Origin: an uncultured Gemmatimonadaceae bacterium
GTDB taxonomy: Bacteria; Gemmatimonadota; Gemmatimonadetes; Gemmatimonadales; Gemmatimonadaceae
DNA length: 64,000 bases
Assembly (NCBI GenBank): GCA_963790305.1
Contig: CAWBOC010000009.1
Span: 864,001 to 928,000 of the forward strand
Direction: 5' to 3'
Numbering within the stretch: the stretch's first letter is position 1; each line of letters opens with the position of its first letter. The translations under genes and the position numbers were made by a program. The notes under the pieces were generated by a model. The model worked only from the letters and a program-made list of their open reading frames with translations, searched no databases and was not told the origin of the DNA. Shown in pieces: positions 1-10,983 of this stretch.

Positions 1-655
1 GCCGCATCCCCTCACGCGCAACGGCGTCGCTGAGCGGATTCGCGTACGGCGTGACGAATGGCTCGATACACTGCGTCAACGCATCGAGCCCGGTGCTGGC
101 GGTAACGGCTGGCGGAAGCGTGTAGGTGAGCTCGGGATCGATCAGCGCGACCGCGGGGAGCATGAGCGGGCTGCGAAGGCTCACCTTTACCCGCGCCTCC
201 TCGACCATCAGGACGGCGTTTCGCGTGACCTCTGCACCGGTTCCCGCGGTGGTCGGGATCGCGATGAAGGGAGCCGGCCGTTTGGTGAGCGGTCGTCCCT
301 CGCCAACGACCTCGAGGTAATGGTGCAGCGGCGCGGAGTTGGTGAGCAGCGCAGCGACCGCTTTCCCCGCATCGATGACGCTCCCGCCGCCGAGCGCGAC
401 TACGACATCGCATCGCTCGGCGCGCGCGCTCTCGACGCCGCACTCGATCAGCGAAATCGTCGGCTCTCCCGAGACGCGCAGCGCCGTCGTCGCAATACCA
501 CGCGCGCGCAACATCTCCACCAGAGGCGCGGCGCGATCCGAGCTCCCCTGTGCGACGAGCGCTCGCGAGCCCATGCTCGCCACTAGCTCACCGGCTTCGC
601 GAAGTCGCTTTTCGCCGAAGAGGATTCGCGTCGGAGACGCGAACTCGAAATTCAC
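1..655 (-). CDS. Iron-containing alcohol dehydrogenase (runs off the window edge)
   Basis: Not in the ORF track; translated by hand: [14 protein letters not shown]...GEPT...[12 protein letters not shown]...[12 protein letters not shown]...DPELT...[13 protein letters not shown] start overlaps the upstream stop (GTGA). Confidence 0.9.
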   Translation of the reverse strand, partial: MNFEFASPTRILFGEKRLREAGELVASMGSRALVAQGSSDRAAPLVEMLRARGIATTALRVSGEPTISLIECGVESARAERCDVVVALGGGSVIDAGKAVAALLTNSAPLHHYLEVVGEGRPLTKRPAPFIAIPTTAGTGAEVTRNAVLMVEEARVKVSLRSPLMLPAVALIDPELTYTLPPAVTASTGLDALTQCIEPFVTPYANPLSDAVAREGMR

Positions 656-969
656 CGAGGCATCTCCCACGCATCCGGCTCCGGAAAGAGCGCGCGGTAC
701 TTCACACTCCGACGCGGCTCGGCCATCATCGACTCTGCCACATCGCGCCACGCTGCGTAGTGCGCGGTCTCCTTGTGGCGTGCCGGGTCCTGCGGGGTAC
801 GGTAGACCTCGACCAGAACGAAGCGCGTCGGGTCGTCCTCCTGCTGGATGACGTCGAACCGCACCACCCCCGGCTCGCGGACGCTGTTACGCGCGTTCTC
901 GCGAGTAGCAGCGATGAACCGATCCACCGCTTCCGGCTTTACGTGTATGAAAACGTGGACGATGAGCAT
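652..969 (-). CDS. Antibiotic biosynthesis monooxygenase (ABM)/LsrG-like protein
   Basis: [13 protein letters not shown]...EPGVVRFDV...FVLVEVY...HKETAHY pattern; GAGG RBS. Confidence 0.85.
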   Translation of the reverse strand: MLIVHVFIHVKPEAVDRFIAATRENARNSVREPGVVRFDVIQQEDDPTRFVLVEVYRTPQDPARHKETAHYAAWRDVAESMMAEPRRSVKYRALFPEPDAWEMPR

Positions 970-1040
970 GCGTACCTCGCCGGACCGTTGAGCTCTCACG
1001 AACGTACCCGCGACGACACCGAGTACAAGGGAAGCGTGCC

Positions 1041-1997
1041 ATGACAGACTCGCTACGCCATGCTCGTGGCTCGATCATCCTCGGGTTGACCGCGGTCCTT
1101 CTCGCGGTTGCCTGCCGGGGTGGGGATCGCGCCGATCCAGACTTCCGGGCAGAGGTCGCGAATCCGGCGTACGCGAGCGAGGGTCCTCGCGTTCTGTTCG
1201 ACGAGGCGCACAACAATCACCACCGGGCAGCGTCGACGTACCGGCCATTCACGAAGCTGCTCGAAGCCGACGGCTACCGCGTGGTGCGCGGCAGAGATCC
1301 GGTGACCGCCGAGACGTTGCAGAGCATCGATGTGCTCGTGATTGCCGGAGCGCTGGGAAGGAACGAGCGAAACGACGATGCGGCGTTTCTTTCGCAGGAA
1401 GTGGAGGCGATCCAGAAGTGGGTGTCGGACGGAGGTGCCTTACTGCTCATCACCGATCACTACCCATTCGGTGACGCCGCCGAGACGCTTGCCGAGCGCC
1501 TTGGCATCGTCATGACCAAGGGGGTCGTGGAAGACACAGCGAACTACGATCCATCGTTCGAACCGACTCATATCGTGTATTCCAGGTCGAATGGCGGTGT
1601 GGTCGAGCACCCCATCACCCGCGGCCGCACTCCATCCGAGACGATTCAGCGCGTTCTGACATTCACCGGCCAGGGAGTGACCGCACCTCGATCCGGCGTG
1701 GGCTTCCTCAGGCTAACGGCCACGGCCGTTGCCCGTCCGGCGGAGCCGCTCGTGGAGCGCGAAGGCGGTGACGTGCGCGTGCACGTCAAGTATGGAGCAC
1801 CCACGCCGGCCGAATCGTATGCGCAGGGGCTGGCGCTGAGTCACGGTCAGGGCCGGATCGTGGTGCTTGGGGAGGCCGCCATGCTCACCGCTCAGCTGAG
1901 GCGGTTCGACGGGCTGTCGATCGGCATGACGACGCCCGGTTACGACAACCGCCAGCTGGCGCTCAACATCATGCACTGGCTGACCAGGCTGATCTGA
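1041..1997 (+). CDS. Lipoprotein with DUF4350/class I glutamine-amidotransferase-like fold
   Basis: Lipobox [45 protein letters not shown]. Confidence 0.7.
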   Translation: MTDSLRHARGSIILGLTAVLLAVACRGGDRADPDFRAEVANPAYASEGPRVLFDEAHNNHHRAASTYRPFTKLLEADGYRVVRGRDPVTAETLQSIDVLVIAGALGRNERNDDAAFLSQEVEAIQKWVSDGGALLLITDHYPFGDAAETLAERLGIVMTKGVVEDTANYDPSFEPTHIVYSRSNGGVVEHPITRGRTPSETIQRVLTFTGQGVTAPRSGVGFLRLTATAVARPAEPLVEREGGDVRVHVKYGAPTPAESYAQGLALSHGQGRIVVLGEAAMLTAQLRRFDGLSIGMTTPGYDNRQLALNIMHWLTRLI

Positions 1998-2023
1998 TCC
2001 ACCGAGCGTTGCGGCTTCCGCGG

Positions 2024-2704
2024 CTACGCGCGTAATCGCTCGATGATCGCCGCGACGTGCAGCCCCGTGGTATCGAGCACCGGCAAGTCGGCGATCGTCG
2101 GATCGCGCATCAGCAAGGGAAGCTCCGTCCCTCCCAGAATGACGCCGTCGATCCCCTTCGCATCGCGAAGGCGCTCAGCCAACGCAATCACACCGCGCCT
2201 TGTCTCGTCCCGCAGGTCACCCTTCACCAGCTCATTCACATAGCGATCGTGCATCCAGTCGCGGTCTCGCTCGGGGGGAACGACGATCTCAATGCCATGC
2301 CGCTGTGCCGCCTCTGGATAGAGCCGCGCCTGCATGAGCCACCGCGTTCCGAGAATGCCCAGCCGCTTCAGGCCCAGGCGTCGAGCCTCCTCAATGCACA
2401 CGTCGACGATATTGACGAGCGGGATGGGAGAGCGCTTGGCAACCTTGTCGAACACGAGGTGAGTCGTATTCGACGTAATCGCCCCGAAGCTCACGCCAGC
2501 CCCGTGCAGGCGATGCAGCGACTCGAGGATGTACTCGGTCAATGCCGGGCGGTCGTGCTCCACCAGACGCATCGCAACCTTGTCGTCCAGGCTATCGATG
2601 ACGATCGACGGTGACGAGAGCGGTTCCTCGCGCCGCCACTCGTAGATGAGGCGCCGGTAGTAGTCGAGAGTCGACTCAGGGCCCAGTCCGCCGACGAGCC
2701 CCAC
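2024..2704 (-). CDS. Aspartate/glutamate racemase family protein
   Basis: GLVGGLGPESTLDYY, SNT, LGILGT, ILGGTELP, LDTT motifs. Confidence 0.85.
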   Translation of the reverse strand: MGLVGGLGPESTLDYYRRLIYEWRREEPLSSPSIVIDSLDDKVAMRLVEHDRPALTEYILESLHRLHGAGVSFGAITSNTTHLVFDKVAKRSPIPLVNIVDVCIEEARRLGLKRLGILGTRWLMQARLYPEAAQRHGIEIVVPPERDRDWMHDRYVNELVKGDLRDETRRGVIALAERLRDAKGIDGVILGGTELPLLMRDPTIADLPVLDTTGLHVAAIIERLRA

Positions 2705-2730
2705 CCTGGCCAGGCGTGGCCGCCCCGCGC

Positions 2731-4143
2731 CTACGATGTGCGCCTCGCGATGCGAAGGATCGCCTCGACCGACCTGTCGACATCAGCCTCGGTCGTCGCC
2801 CACGAGATCACGCTCACGCGCATCGCGGTCTTCCCCTGCCACACCGTGACGCCGCACCAGCAGGTGCCATCCTCCTGAATCGCCGCGATCACCTTCCGCG
2901 TGCGCTCGGGATCGCCAAACGAGACGAGCACCTGGTTCAGCACGACGTCATTCAACACCGGAAACCCCGCGGCCGTGAACGCATCGGCGAATCGGCGCGC
3001 CTGGCGACAGTTGCGCTCGACGAGATCGGCCAGCCCCGAGCGACCTAACGACCGGAGCACCGCCCACACGTCGACGCCGCGAGGCCGACGCGACATCTCA
3101 GGCGTGTAGTCGGAGAGATTCGCGAACTCCGTCCCGCTGGGCAGGTACGCCGCGCTCGTGGACATCGCCCGCCGCAGCGCCTCCCCTTCCCTCACGATCG
3201 CAATGCCACAGTCGTACGGCGTATTCAACCACTTGTGCCCGTCCGTAGCCCAGGAGTCGGCGAGATCGATTCCATCGGCGAGGTGAGCGCGCGCCGGCGC
3301 AACCCGGGCCCACAGACCGAAGGCCCCATCGACGTGAATCCACGTCGGCGCCCGGGATTCCTTCACGCGCACCGCGATCTCGCGGAACGGATCGAACGCA
3401 CCGGTATTCACGTTCCCCGCCTGCAAGCACACGATGGTGGGACCGGCAATCTCCGGCAGCGAGTCGGCGCGCATGCGCCCCTGCGAGTCCGCCGGCACCG
3501 TCACCACCCGGTCGCGCCCCAGCCCAATGATCCCGAGCGCCTTGAACAACGACGGGTGCGCCTCGGCACCAACGATGACCGTGATCGGCGGCGCACCGAA
3601 CAGCCCGTCGGCCTCGACGTCCCATCCCACCCGCGCGAGCAGCGACGACCGCGCAGCGGCGAGCCCCGCGACGTGCGCCATTGTCGTCCCGGTGACGAAG
3701 GCGCCGGCGCTTTCCGGTGGAAGGCCAAGCAGCTCGATCGTCCACCGGAGCGCGACCTGCTCGATCTTCGTCCCCGCTGGCCCCAGCACCCAGAACCCGC
3801 CATGCTGCGCCCACGCCGTCGACAGCCAGTTGGCGGCAACTGCCGCTGGCAACCCCGACCCGTTGACGAAACCGAAAAACCGTGGTCCGGCGATCGCCGT
3901 CGTCGCCGGCGAGGCAAGCCGGTCCAGCTCGTCCACGATCTCCTCTGGCGCGATCGGATGCTCCTGGAGGGGAACGTCGAAGGCGCTCAGCGGCGCGAGC
4001 GCGTCACGCGAGGGGAACACTCGCCGCTCATCGATCCCGCTGAGATAGCGCGTCGCACGCTCAGCGACGTCAGCCAGAAGGCGCGAATCCTCGTACGCCT
4101 CGCGCAGCGGGCTTTTTACTCGATATTCAGCCGTCGTCGACAT
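2731..4143 (-). CDS. PLP-dependent (group II) amino acid decarboxylase
   Basis: PRFFGFV, WIHVDGAFG, DSWATDGHKWLNTPYDCG (PLP lysine). Confidence 0.9.
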   Translation of the reverse strand: MSTTAEYRVKSPLREAYEDSRLLADVAERATRYLSGIDERRVFPSRDALAPLSAFDVPLQEHPIAPEEIVDELDRLASPATTAIAGPRFFGFVNGSGLPAAVAANWLSTAWAQHGGFWVLGPAGTKIEQVALRWTIELLGLPPESAGAFVTGTTMAHVAGLAAARSSLLARVGWDVEADGLFGAPPITVIVGAEAHPSLFKALGIIGLGRDRVVTVPADSQGRMRADSLPEIAGPTIVCLQAGNVNTGAFDPFREIAVRVKESRAPTWIHVDGAFGLWARVAPARAHLADGIDLADSWATDGHKWLNTPYDCGIAIVREGEALRRAMSTSAAYLPSGTEFANLSDYTPEMSRRPRGVDVWAVLRSLGRSGLADLVERNCRQARRFADAFTAAGFPVLNDVVLNQVLVSFGDPERTRKVIAAIQEDGTCWCGVTVWQGKTAMRVSVISWATTEADVDRSVEAILRIARRTS

Positions 4144-4267
4144 TGTGGCATAGGGTTGGTGGGAACCAAAACTTGGCTCCATTCGCTCGCGAAGGGCAGT
4201 GAAATTCGTTCAACTCTAGGCTGTGCGATTTCAATGGGTGGGCTGGGTTGGTATCCCCCATGTTTTC

Positions 4268-4374
4268 TTACCGCAGAGGTCGCAGAGGACGCAGAGGAAC
4301 GTCAACCGCAAATGCTTTTGAAAAGCCTCTGCCAGTTGAAGTTGCCTCTGCGTTCTCTGCGACCTCTGCGGTAA
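4268..4374. repeat. Palindromic intergenic element, family A (CGCAGAGG nonamer arms), copy 1
   Basis: TTACCGCAGAGGTCGCAGAGGACGCAGAGG...CCTCTGCGTTCTCTGCGACCTCTGCGGTAA; homologs at 21519 and 26655. Confidence 0.9.
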
Positions 4375-4415
4375 AATGCCGTTGGCTTTGCTTTCACGCC
4401 TCCGCTGGAGCCCAC

Positions 4416-5351
4416 GTGAACATTGAAATCCGGCACCTTCGTCTCGTCGTCGCGATCGTCGACACCGGCACGCTCGCGCGCGCCGCCCGGCGGCTGCACC
4501 TCACACCGTCCGCGCTCAGCCATCAGCTCCGCGATCTCGAGACTCGGCTCCGCACTCCCCTCTTTCGGCGAGAGGATCGGCGCATGGTGCCAACCAATGC
4601 CGGCTCGTCGCTCCTTGCGGTCGCCCAGCGGGTGCTTGCCGATCTGGATCAGATGGAGACGGCGTTCCGCGCCGGCGACCATGCGTCGGCCGCGGGCACC
4701 ATCAGGATCACGACGCAATGCTACACCTGCTACCACTGGCTGCCGCGCATCATCGCCGACTTCGCCAAGGAGTGGCCCGACGTCACGATTCACATTGTGC
4801 CCGAAGCGACGCGGTCGCCGCACGAGGCGGTGAGCGACGCCCGCGTCGACGTGGCGATCGTCTACGATCACATCAATGCCGGATCGCTCCAGTACACGTT
4901 CCTGTTCGACAATGATCTCGTGGCCGTGATGTCGCCGAGCCACCCCTTGGCCAAGGCGGCTCTCGTGCATCCCAGCGAGTTGAGTGGGCAGCACCTCATC
5001 CTGTACGACATTTCCCCATCGGAGAGCTTCGTGCAGCGTCACATCCTGGGGCCTAACGCCGTCGCGCCCACCAAGCTGTCTCGGGTGCCACTCACCGAGG
5101 CAATCCTTGAGCTGGTACGCGCCAACCTCGGCATCTCGATCCTGGCGCGGTGGGCCGTCGCGCCCCAGATCGCGTCCGGGGAGCTCGTCGGCATTCCCCT
5201 CGATGCGCCCGGCGCACGACGTCGGTGGAGCGCGGCCCGGCGGATCGGCGGCCTTCACCCGCGCTTCGAGAACGCGTTCGTTGCCCTGTTATCGGGTGCG
5301 CTGCTCGAGGAACGATCGGGCGACAAGGCGCAGCCGCTGCGCCTCGCCTAA
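4416..5351 (+). CDS. LysR family transcriptional regulator (MetR-like)
   Basis: HTH AARRLHLTPSALSHQLRDLE; RITTQCYTCYHWL; divergent from the decarboxylase. Confidence 0.9.
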   Translation: MNIEIRHLRLVVAIVDTGTLARAARRLHLTPSALSHQLRDLETRLRTPLFRREDRRMVPTNAGSSLLAVAQRVLADLDQMETAFRAGDHASAAGTIRITTQCYTCYHWLPRIIADFAKEWPDVTIHIVPEATRSPHEAVSDARVDVAIVYDHINAGSLQYTFLFDNDLVAVMSPSHPLAKAALVHPSELSGQHLILYDISPSESFVQRHILGPNAVAPTKLSRVPLTEAILELVRANLGISILARWAVAPQIASGELVGIPLDAPGARRRWSAARRIGGLHPRFENAFVALLSGALLEERSGDKAQPLRLA

Positions 5352-5369
5352 CCCGCTACCTATCCAGTC

Positions 5370-6030
5370 ATGAGACGACTGATCAATGTCAGTCACGTTG
5401 TCGAGCACGGGATGATCACCTACAAGGGCTTCCCGGCGCCGGTGATCTGCGACTGGATGAGTCGCGAAGCGTCACGACAGAGGTACGCGGCGGGAACCGA
5501 GTTTCAGATCGGGAAGATCGAGAATGATCGCGAATACAGGGACGTACGTGGACAGCCCCTTTCATCGGTACGAGAACGGAAAGGATCTCGCCGAGCTGCC
5601 GCTGGAGTCGGTTGCGGAGCTGGACTGTCTCGTCGTGCGCGTTCGGCCGACAATGACATCCATTGATGAAGTCCCTCTTCCCGCCACGAAGGTGAAAGGA
5701 CGCGCGGTCCTCTTTCACACCAGCTGGGATCGCCACTTCCGCACCGACGCGTACTTCGAGGGCCATCCACACCTGACCGCCCGCGCGGCGGAGTGGCTCG
5801 TGAAGGCCGGCGCCGCGCTGGTGGGGATCGATTCTTTCAACATCGACAGTACGTCCACCGGAGAGCGTCCCGTGCACACGATCCTGCTCGGCCGCGAGAT
5901 CCCCATCTGCGAGCACATGCGCGGACTGGCGGCGGTACCCGACGATGGTGGGCGCTTCTCAGCCGTACCGGTGAAGGTCAAAGGCATGGGGACGTTCCCC
6001 GTGCGCGCCTACGTTTCGATACAGGACTGA
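5370..6030 (+). CDS. Cyclase/kynurenine formamidase family protein; +1 frameshift near 5523
   Basis: Two ORFs join as ...IGKIE/MIANTGTYVDSPFH...LVGIDS...HTILL...PVRA when one A in GAGAATG is removed. Confidence 0.8.
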
Positions 6031-6034
6031 TCCA

Positions 6035-6409
6035 ATGACGACTCCCACGCGCTACACCATTGACTCGAACGTCGCGTTCGGATTCCTGTCGCTCATCGAT
6101 GTCGACAGGATTCGCCAGAGCGTGACGGAGGAATGGTTCAATCAAAGCTTGTGCGAAGTGAACGACTGCGTCGTGAGGCTCGGCGTCGTCCAGGGCGAGT
6201 TCCACTGGCACAAGCATGACAACGAAGATGAGTTCTTCTTCGTGGTCGACGGCCGGCTGATCATCGACCTGGAGGACCGCAGCGTGGAGCTCCTGCCGAA
6301 GCAAGGGTTCACCATACCAAAAGGGGTGGTGCACCGGACACGGGCTCCCGTTCGTACCGCCATGCTCATGGTCGAGGGCCGCACCGTCACGCCGACGGGC
6401 GACGGCTGA
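6035..6409 (+). CDS. Cupin domain protein
   Basis: GEFHWHKHDNEDEFFFV...IPKGVVHRT. Confidence 0.9.
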   Translation: MTTPTRYTIDSNVAFGFLSLIDVDRIRQSVTEEWFNQSLCEVNDCVVRLGVVQGEFHWHKHDNEDEFFFVVDGRLIIDLEDRSVELLPKQGFTIPKGVVHRTRAPVRTAMLMVEGRTVTPTGDG

Positions 6410-6411
6410 GC

Positions 6412-7951
6412 TTACTGCGGGGCGAACGCGCGCACGGCGTCGATCGTATCGGCCTCGCTCGCTCGCTTGTCCGGCCGATATCCCTTCACCCGCGCGAACC
6501 TCAGCGCGACCCCGCCCGGATACTGCGTGCTCCGCTGCACCTCGTTGAACGCGATCTCGACGACGAGCTCCGGCCGGACATACACAACGTGCCCGTCGCG
6601 ACGCGTCTCGCGCGCGAGCAGCTCTTTCGTCTGCCACTCGAGCAGCTGGTCGGTCATCCCCTTGAACGTCTTGCCGAGCATGACGAAGCCGCCCGTTGCC
6701 GGATCGCGCGCGCCAAGGTGCAGATTGCTCAACCATCCCTCGCGCCGCCCCGAGCCCCACTCGACCGCGAGCACTACCAGATCCAGGGTCTTCGCGGTCT
6801 TCACCTTGATCCACGCCGAGCCGCGCCGTCCGGCGGCGTACGGCGCCGCGAGCGACTTCACCATCACGCCCTCGTGCCCCCGCTCGAGCGTGTCCGCCTG
6901 AAAACGCTTCGCCGCCTCGACGGATGCACCAACAAGACGAGGCGCTCGATAGGCGGCGGGGACGATCGCCTCGAGTAGCTCCAACCGCGACGACAGCGGC
7001 CGATCGAGCACCTCCTCGCCGTCGTGGAGCAGCACGTCGAAGAAGAATGGCGTCAACGGCAGCTGAGTGCGCAACGTCTCGACGTTGAGCTTCCGGCCAA
7101 AGCGCTGCATCGTGTCCTGAAAAGAGAGCGGCCTGCCCGCTCGCCGCGAGCGCGATGACCTCGCCGTCCAGAATCAGCTCGTTCGCCTCGAGCGCGAGCA
7201 CCGCCTCCACCACCTCCGGCACTCGGGTCGTCACGTCGTTCAGGTTGCGCGTGTACACCGCCACGCGATCGCCCGCGCGATGCACCTGGATCCGCGCCCC
7301 GTCCAGCTTCCATTCCACCGTCGCATCGCCGCTCATGCCTAACGCTTCTTCCACATCGTCCGCCGAGTCGGCGAGCATCGGCTGCACCGGACGAAAGAGC
7401 TCGATCTTGTAGCCTGCGAGCGCCGTCAGTGCCGCTTCGCCTCCGCTGCATACGGCTCCCGCGACCACACCCAGGTCGCCGGCCAGCATCACCGCACGCC
7501 GGAGACGAGCGGCGGGAACGTCTGCGGCCTTCGCGACCGCGTCCAGCATCACTCCCTCGAGCGCGCCCTGCCGCACCTCACCGATCACGAGCGCCGAGAG
7601 GAATCGCTGCTCGTCAGGCGTGGCCCGCACGAACAGGTCCCGGACGAGACGCGCCCGCTCGGCGGCCGATCCCTTCCCTTTTACGGTCTGCAGTGCGGCG
7701 AATGTGCGATCGACATCGATCAGCTCGAGCATCGGCGCCATCGCGGGTTCGCTGGCGCTCGCATCGGCCACCGACGCCCATCCGACGCCAATCTTTCCCT
7801 GCCGCGGCCAGCCGATGAAGAATCCGATCGCGATCGGAACTTCGTCGGCTGTCAGCTCCTTAAGGAAAGCAGCAAGCCTCGAGGTCTTCTCCAGCCGTCC
7901 GGACGCGGCCGCGACGATGTTGGAGGTGTGAACGAGCGCAGCGAGCTTCAC
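6412..7951 (-). CDS. ATP-dependent DNA ligase; +1 frameshift near 7137
   Basis: [34 protein letters not shown]; frames join as [14 protein letters not shown]. Confidence 0.9.
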
Positions 7952-8014
7952 GATAGGATGCGGACGTGTCTGGTCGTGGCTACACTACGATACGATGACC
8001 CTGCGAGGCAACGA

Positions 8015-8659
8015 GTGACGACGACTAGCGACAGCGCCGCACCAGCCACCAAAGGCCAGGTGATGCGCTCGTCCGCGCGCTTCTATGACCTGATGGTATG
8101 GCTGCTCACCCTCGGCCGGGAGCGCCCGTTCCGTGAACGACTCGTGGATCTCGCGCGCCTCCAGCCGGGGGAGTCGGTGCTCGACGTCGGCTGCGGGACG
8201 GGAACACTCGCCATCGCCGCCAAACGGCGTGTGGGGCCAACTGGCATCGTCCACGGCATCGACGCGTCGCCGGAGATGATTGCCCGCGCCACCCGCAAGG
8301 CGAACAAGGCGGGCATCGACGTCACCTTCCGCACCGCAGTCGTCGAGGCGCTTCCCTTCGCCGATCGCCAGCTCGACGTCGTGCTCAGCACGCTCATGCT
8401 GCACCACCTTCCTCGGGCGACGCGCGAACAGAGTGCGCGAGAGTTTCGCCGCGTTCTCAAACCCGGCGGACGCGTGCTCGCCGTGGACTTTGGAATGCCA
8501 GGCCGACACCGCAAGGGAATTATCAGTCACCTCCACCGGCGCGGTCATCTCACCCTCGACAGCGTGATCGAGTTGCTGAGCGCGTCAGGGATGAAGGTCG
8601 TGGAGAGCGGGCCCGTCGGAGTGAGAGACCTGCACTTCACCGTGGCGACCGCCCGATGA
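8015..8659 (+). CDS. Class I SAM-dependent methyltransferase
   Basis: VLDVGCGTG, GIDAS, RVLKPGG; start uncertain. Confidence 0.85.
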   Translation: MTTTSDSAAPATKGQVMRSSARFYDLMVWLLTLGRERPFRERLVDLARLQPGESVLDVGCGTGTLAIAAKRRVGPTGIVHGIDASPEMIARATRKANKAGIDVTFRTAVVEALPFADRQLDVVLSTLMLHHLPRATREQSAREFRRVLKPGGRVLAVDFGMPGRHRKGIISHLHRRGHLTLDSVIELLSASGMKVVESGPVGVRDLHFTVATAR

Positions 8660-8674
8660 TGACAAGCGATCCGG

Positions 8675-9058
8675 TCAGCTGCGAGCTCTTGACACGGCAG
8701 CGGCCTTGGCGGAGACGATGAGGTCGCTCACACCCGGCCGTTCCAGATCCGACTTCGCGTTGAACTGAACGTACCTATGCCGCTTGCCTTTTCCCTCCAT
8801 GAGATGATGGGGATCGGCAAGATCGGCCCCACCCACCAGGCCGAGCTTCACGCCAGACTTGCTCGGGATGATGGTGCAGACGAGGCCGGCGTAGCCCGCA
8901 CCAACGTTGTAACCTATGACCCGCCCGGACCGATCGACGGTCTCCTCTGCTTCGGGGATCGCTTTCGTTATCAGGGAACGGAGGGAGAGCGCGATGTCCT
9001 TCACCGCCACTGGATAGGTGGCGAGAAACTCCTGAGCCGCATCGATTTTCGTCGCCAT
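8675..9058 (-). CDS. DUF1801 (YdhG-like) domain protein
   Basis: LRSLITKAIPEAEE...GADLADPHHLMEGKGKRHRYV; C-terminal part of the 447-aa track ORF. Confidence 0.75.
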   Translation of the reverse strand: MATKIDAAQEFLATYPVAVKDIALSLRSLITKAIPEAEETVDRSGRVIGYNVGAGYAGLVCTIIPSKSGVKLGLVGGADLADPHHLMEGKGKRHRYVQFNAKSDLERPGVSDLIVSAKAAAVSRARS

Positions 9059-9217
9059 CGGGCCTCGCGCGCGGTTGATCGCCATCGTCGAATTACACCG
9101 CTGCCGGCCGCGGCGCCAGAACGGAAGGCGGATTTCGGCGTGCTTGTCGATTTCGCCGCCCTTTACTCGACGTTCTTGTACAGGGGCAGGCGCAAATACT
9201 TCGTTTAGAGAGGCTTC

Positions 9218-9796
9218 ATGAGAAAGCTGATTGTTTCCGAGTTCGTGACTCTCGACGGTGTGATGCAGGCACCGGGCGGAAAGGACGAGGATACCGATGG
9301 AGGGTTCAAGCACGGCGGCTGGACGATCCCCTACTGGCACGACGCCATCGGCGAGCGCTTCGGCAATCTGTTGAAAGACGTCGATACCCTTCTGCTGGGC
9401 CGTCGCACCTACGTCATCCACGGTGAAGCGTTCGAGCCGAATCCGGAGCAGGACCCCTTCGCCGGCGCGAAGAAATACGTGGTCTCGAAGACGCTCAAGA
9501 AGCCGGTCTGGCGCGACACGACCATCATTCGCGACAACGTCGTGGAGTCGGTGCGTCAGCTCAAGAAGGAGTCGGGGAAGAGCATCTTCACCGACGGCAG
9601 CAGCCAGCTCGTTCACACGCTGATCGAAAACGACCTCGTCGATGAGCTGCGCCTGCTCGTCTATCCCATCACGCTGGGCGGTGGCAAGCGTGTACTCCCG
9701 GAAGGGGCGCACGCGAAGTTCAAGCTGATCTCGGCCACGCCGTATCCGAGTGGCGTGGTAGGCCTCGACTACGCGCGGGATAGCGGAAGGAAGTGA
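9218..9796 (+). CDS. Dihydrofolate reductase family (RibD C-terminal-like) protein
   Basis: MRKLIVSEFVTLDGVMQAPG, LLLGRRTY, LVDELRLLVYPITLGGGKR. Confidence 0.9.
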   Translation: MRKLIVSEFVTLDGVMQAPGGKDEDTDGGFKHGGWTIPYWHDAIGERFGNLLKDVDTLLLGRRTYVIHGEAFEPNPEQDPFAGAKKYVVSKTLKKPVWRDTTIIRDNVVESVRQLKKESGKSIFTDGSSQLVHTLIENDLVDELRLLVYPITLGGGKRVLPEGAHAKFKLISATPYPSGVVGLDYARDSGRK

Positions 9797-9830
9797 ATTC
9801 GCCGTCGCGGCCATAGAAGCGCACGCTATG

Positions 9831-9863
9831 AAAAAGCGGCCACCGTATGAGGTGGCCGCTTTT
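9831..9863. terminator. Bidirectional intrinsic terminator
   Basis: AAAAGCGGCCACC-GTATGA-GGTGGCCGCTTTT between convergent genes. Confidence 0.85.
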
Positions 9864-9894
9864 GCGTTCGTCCGTGCCGGGAGTGTCGCGACGT

Positions 9895-10206
9895 TTAGCG
9901 CGCTACGTGGCCGAGATCTCGGTCCAGCTCCCGCATGGCCGCTTCGTAGTGCGGATCGACCGGGGCCATCGGCAGCTCGGCGATCGGGCTCTTTCTCCTC
10001 GCGCGAGTCGGTCCGCACACGAGATGCCCGATGAGCCGGAACGCAGCCCAGCCGATCAATCCGAAGACGGCGAGTTTCAGCGCCAGCACGGCGAGGCCGA
10101 CCAGCGCGCCGAGGATTCCGAGCGCGGTCGCGAGCACAATGATCGAGACGGGAACCACGACCAGGAGTGCGATCACGACCTTCAGAAGCGTCCAGAGCAC
10201 TTTCAT
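9895..10206 (-). CDS. Small membrane protein (two hydrophobic segments)
   Basis: MKVLWTLLKVVIALLVVVP...; GGAGG RBS. Confidence 0.7.
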   Translation of the reverse strand: MKVLWTLLKVVIALLVVVPVSIIVLATALGILGALVGLAVLALKLAVFGLIGWAAFRLIGHLVCGPTRARRKSPIAELPMAPVDPHYEAAMRELDRDLGHVAR

Positions 10207-10248
10207 GTACGTCCTCCGACTCACGCGTAGGAATGACTCACCAAGCAC

Positions 10249-10275
10249 TACGCAAACCGACGAGACGAGGTTTCA
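10249..10275 (-). promoter_or_regulatory. Putative ECF-type promoter of the small membrane protein
   Basis: Minus strand TGAAACC-N16-CGTA, resembling the SigW-type consensus. Confidence 0.45.
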
Positions 10276-10298
10276 GGTGCGGCCCGAAGGGTCCGGGC

Positions 10299-10343
10299 AG
10301 CGCCTTTAGCGCCTCTAGCGCCTCTAGCGCCTTTAGCGCCTCT
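10299..10343. repeat. Tandem nonamer AGCGCCT(T/C)T x5
   Basis: Direct reading; related units at 13132-13164. Confidence 0.85.
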
Positions 10344-10356
10344 GCTGTGTCCCGAG

Positions 10357-10382
10357 TCAACCATATTTCGCATCCCGTTGTC
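10357..10382 (+). promoter_or_regulatory. Putative autoregulatory ECF promoter
   Basis: TCAACC-N16-TGTC just upstream of the sigma ATG at 10396. Confidence 0.4.
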
Positions 10383-10395
10383 CCACGAGCGAGAC

Positions 10396-10983
10396 ATGGA
10401 GATGGATAGCACCCTGGCACCGGAGCGAGCGCACCAGCTCGCGGACCAGCGCGCGCTCATCGAGCGCGCGCGCCGGGGGGACGCATCCGCGCACCGTGCC
10501 TTGTACGACGCGCACGTGGAGCAGATCTACCGGCTCACCTTTCGGTTGACCGGAGCCGAGCACCTCGCGCGTGATGTCACGCAGAACGTCTTCGTCAAGG
10601 CCTTCGCGTCGCTCGATGGATTTCGGGGAGACTCCGCATTTGGAACGTGGCTGCATGCGATCGCGGTTTCGCTGTCGCTCAACGAGATCAGACGACGCAA
10701 GCGCGAATGGGCGCGGAACGCACCGCTCGACGACGCGACCGCGCTTGCCGCATCGGGCCCGCGCTCGGACCCGCTGCTGCGGGAGAAAGTGATGGAAGCG
10801 GTGAACGACCTGCCGCCGGGGTGTCGGGCGGTGTTCATGATGCATGACGCCGAAGGCTACACGCACCAGGAAATCGCGGCGGCGCTCGGAGTGAATGTAG
10901 GAACGTCGAAGGCGCAACTCTCGCGGGCCCGCGGCAAGCTTCGCGTCGCACTCGCGATGTTCGCGGAGGAATGGGAACGATGA
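10396..10983 (+). CDS. ECF RNA polymerase sigma factor
   Basis: Region 2 (DVTQNVFVKAF, FGTWLHAIA) and region 4 (LPPGCRAVF...HQEIAAALGVNVGTSKAQLSRAR). Confidence 0.95.
   Translation: MEMDSTLAPERAHQLADQRALIERARRGDASAHRALYDAHVEQIYRLTFRLTGAEHLARDVTQNVFVKAFASLDGFRGDSAFGTWLHAIAVSLSLNEIRRRKREWARNAPLDDATALAASGPRSDPLLREKVMEAVNDLPPGCRAVFMMHDAEGYTHQEIAAALGVNVGTSKAQLSRARGKLRVALAMFAEEWER

Noticed and set aside
5370..7951. Programmed frameshifting or true pseudogenes for the cyclase and ligase
   Set aside because: No slippery heptamers or other decay; same +1 pattern as six other sites in the window.
9059..10018. N-terminal 320 aa of the 447-aa minus ORF
   Set aside because: Antisense to the DHFR-family gene; only the DUF1801 part is credible.
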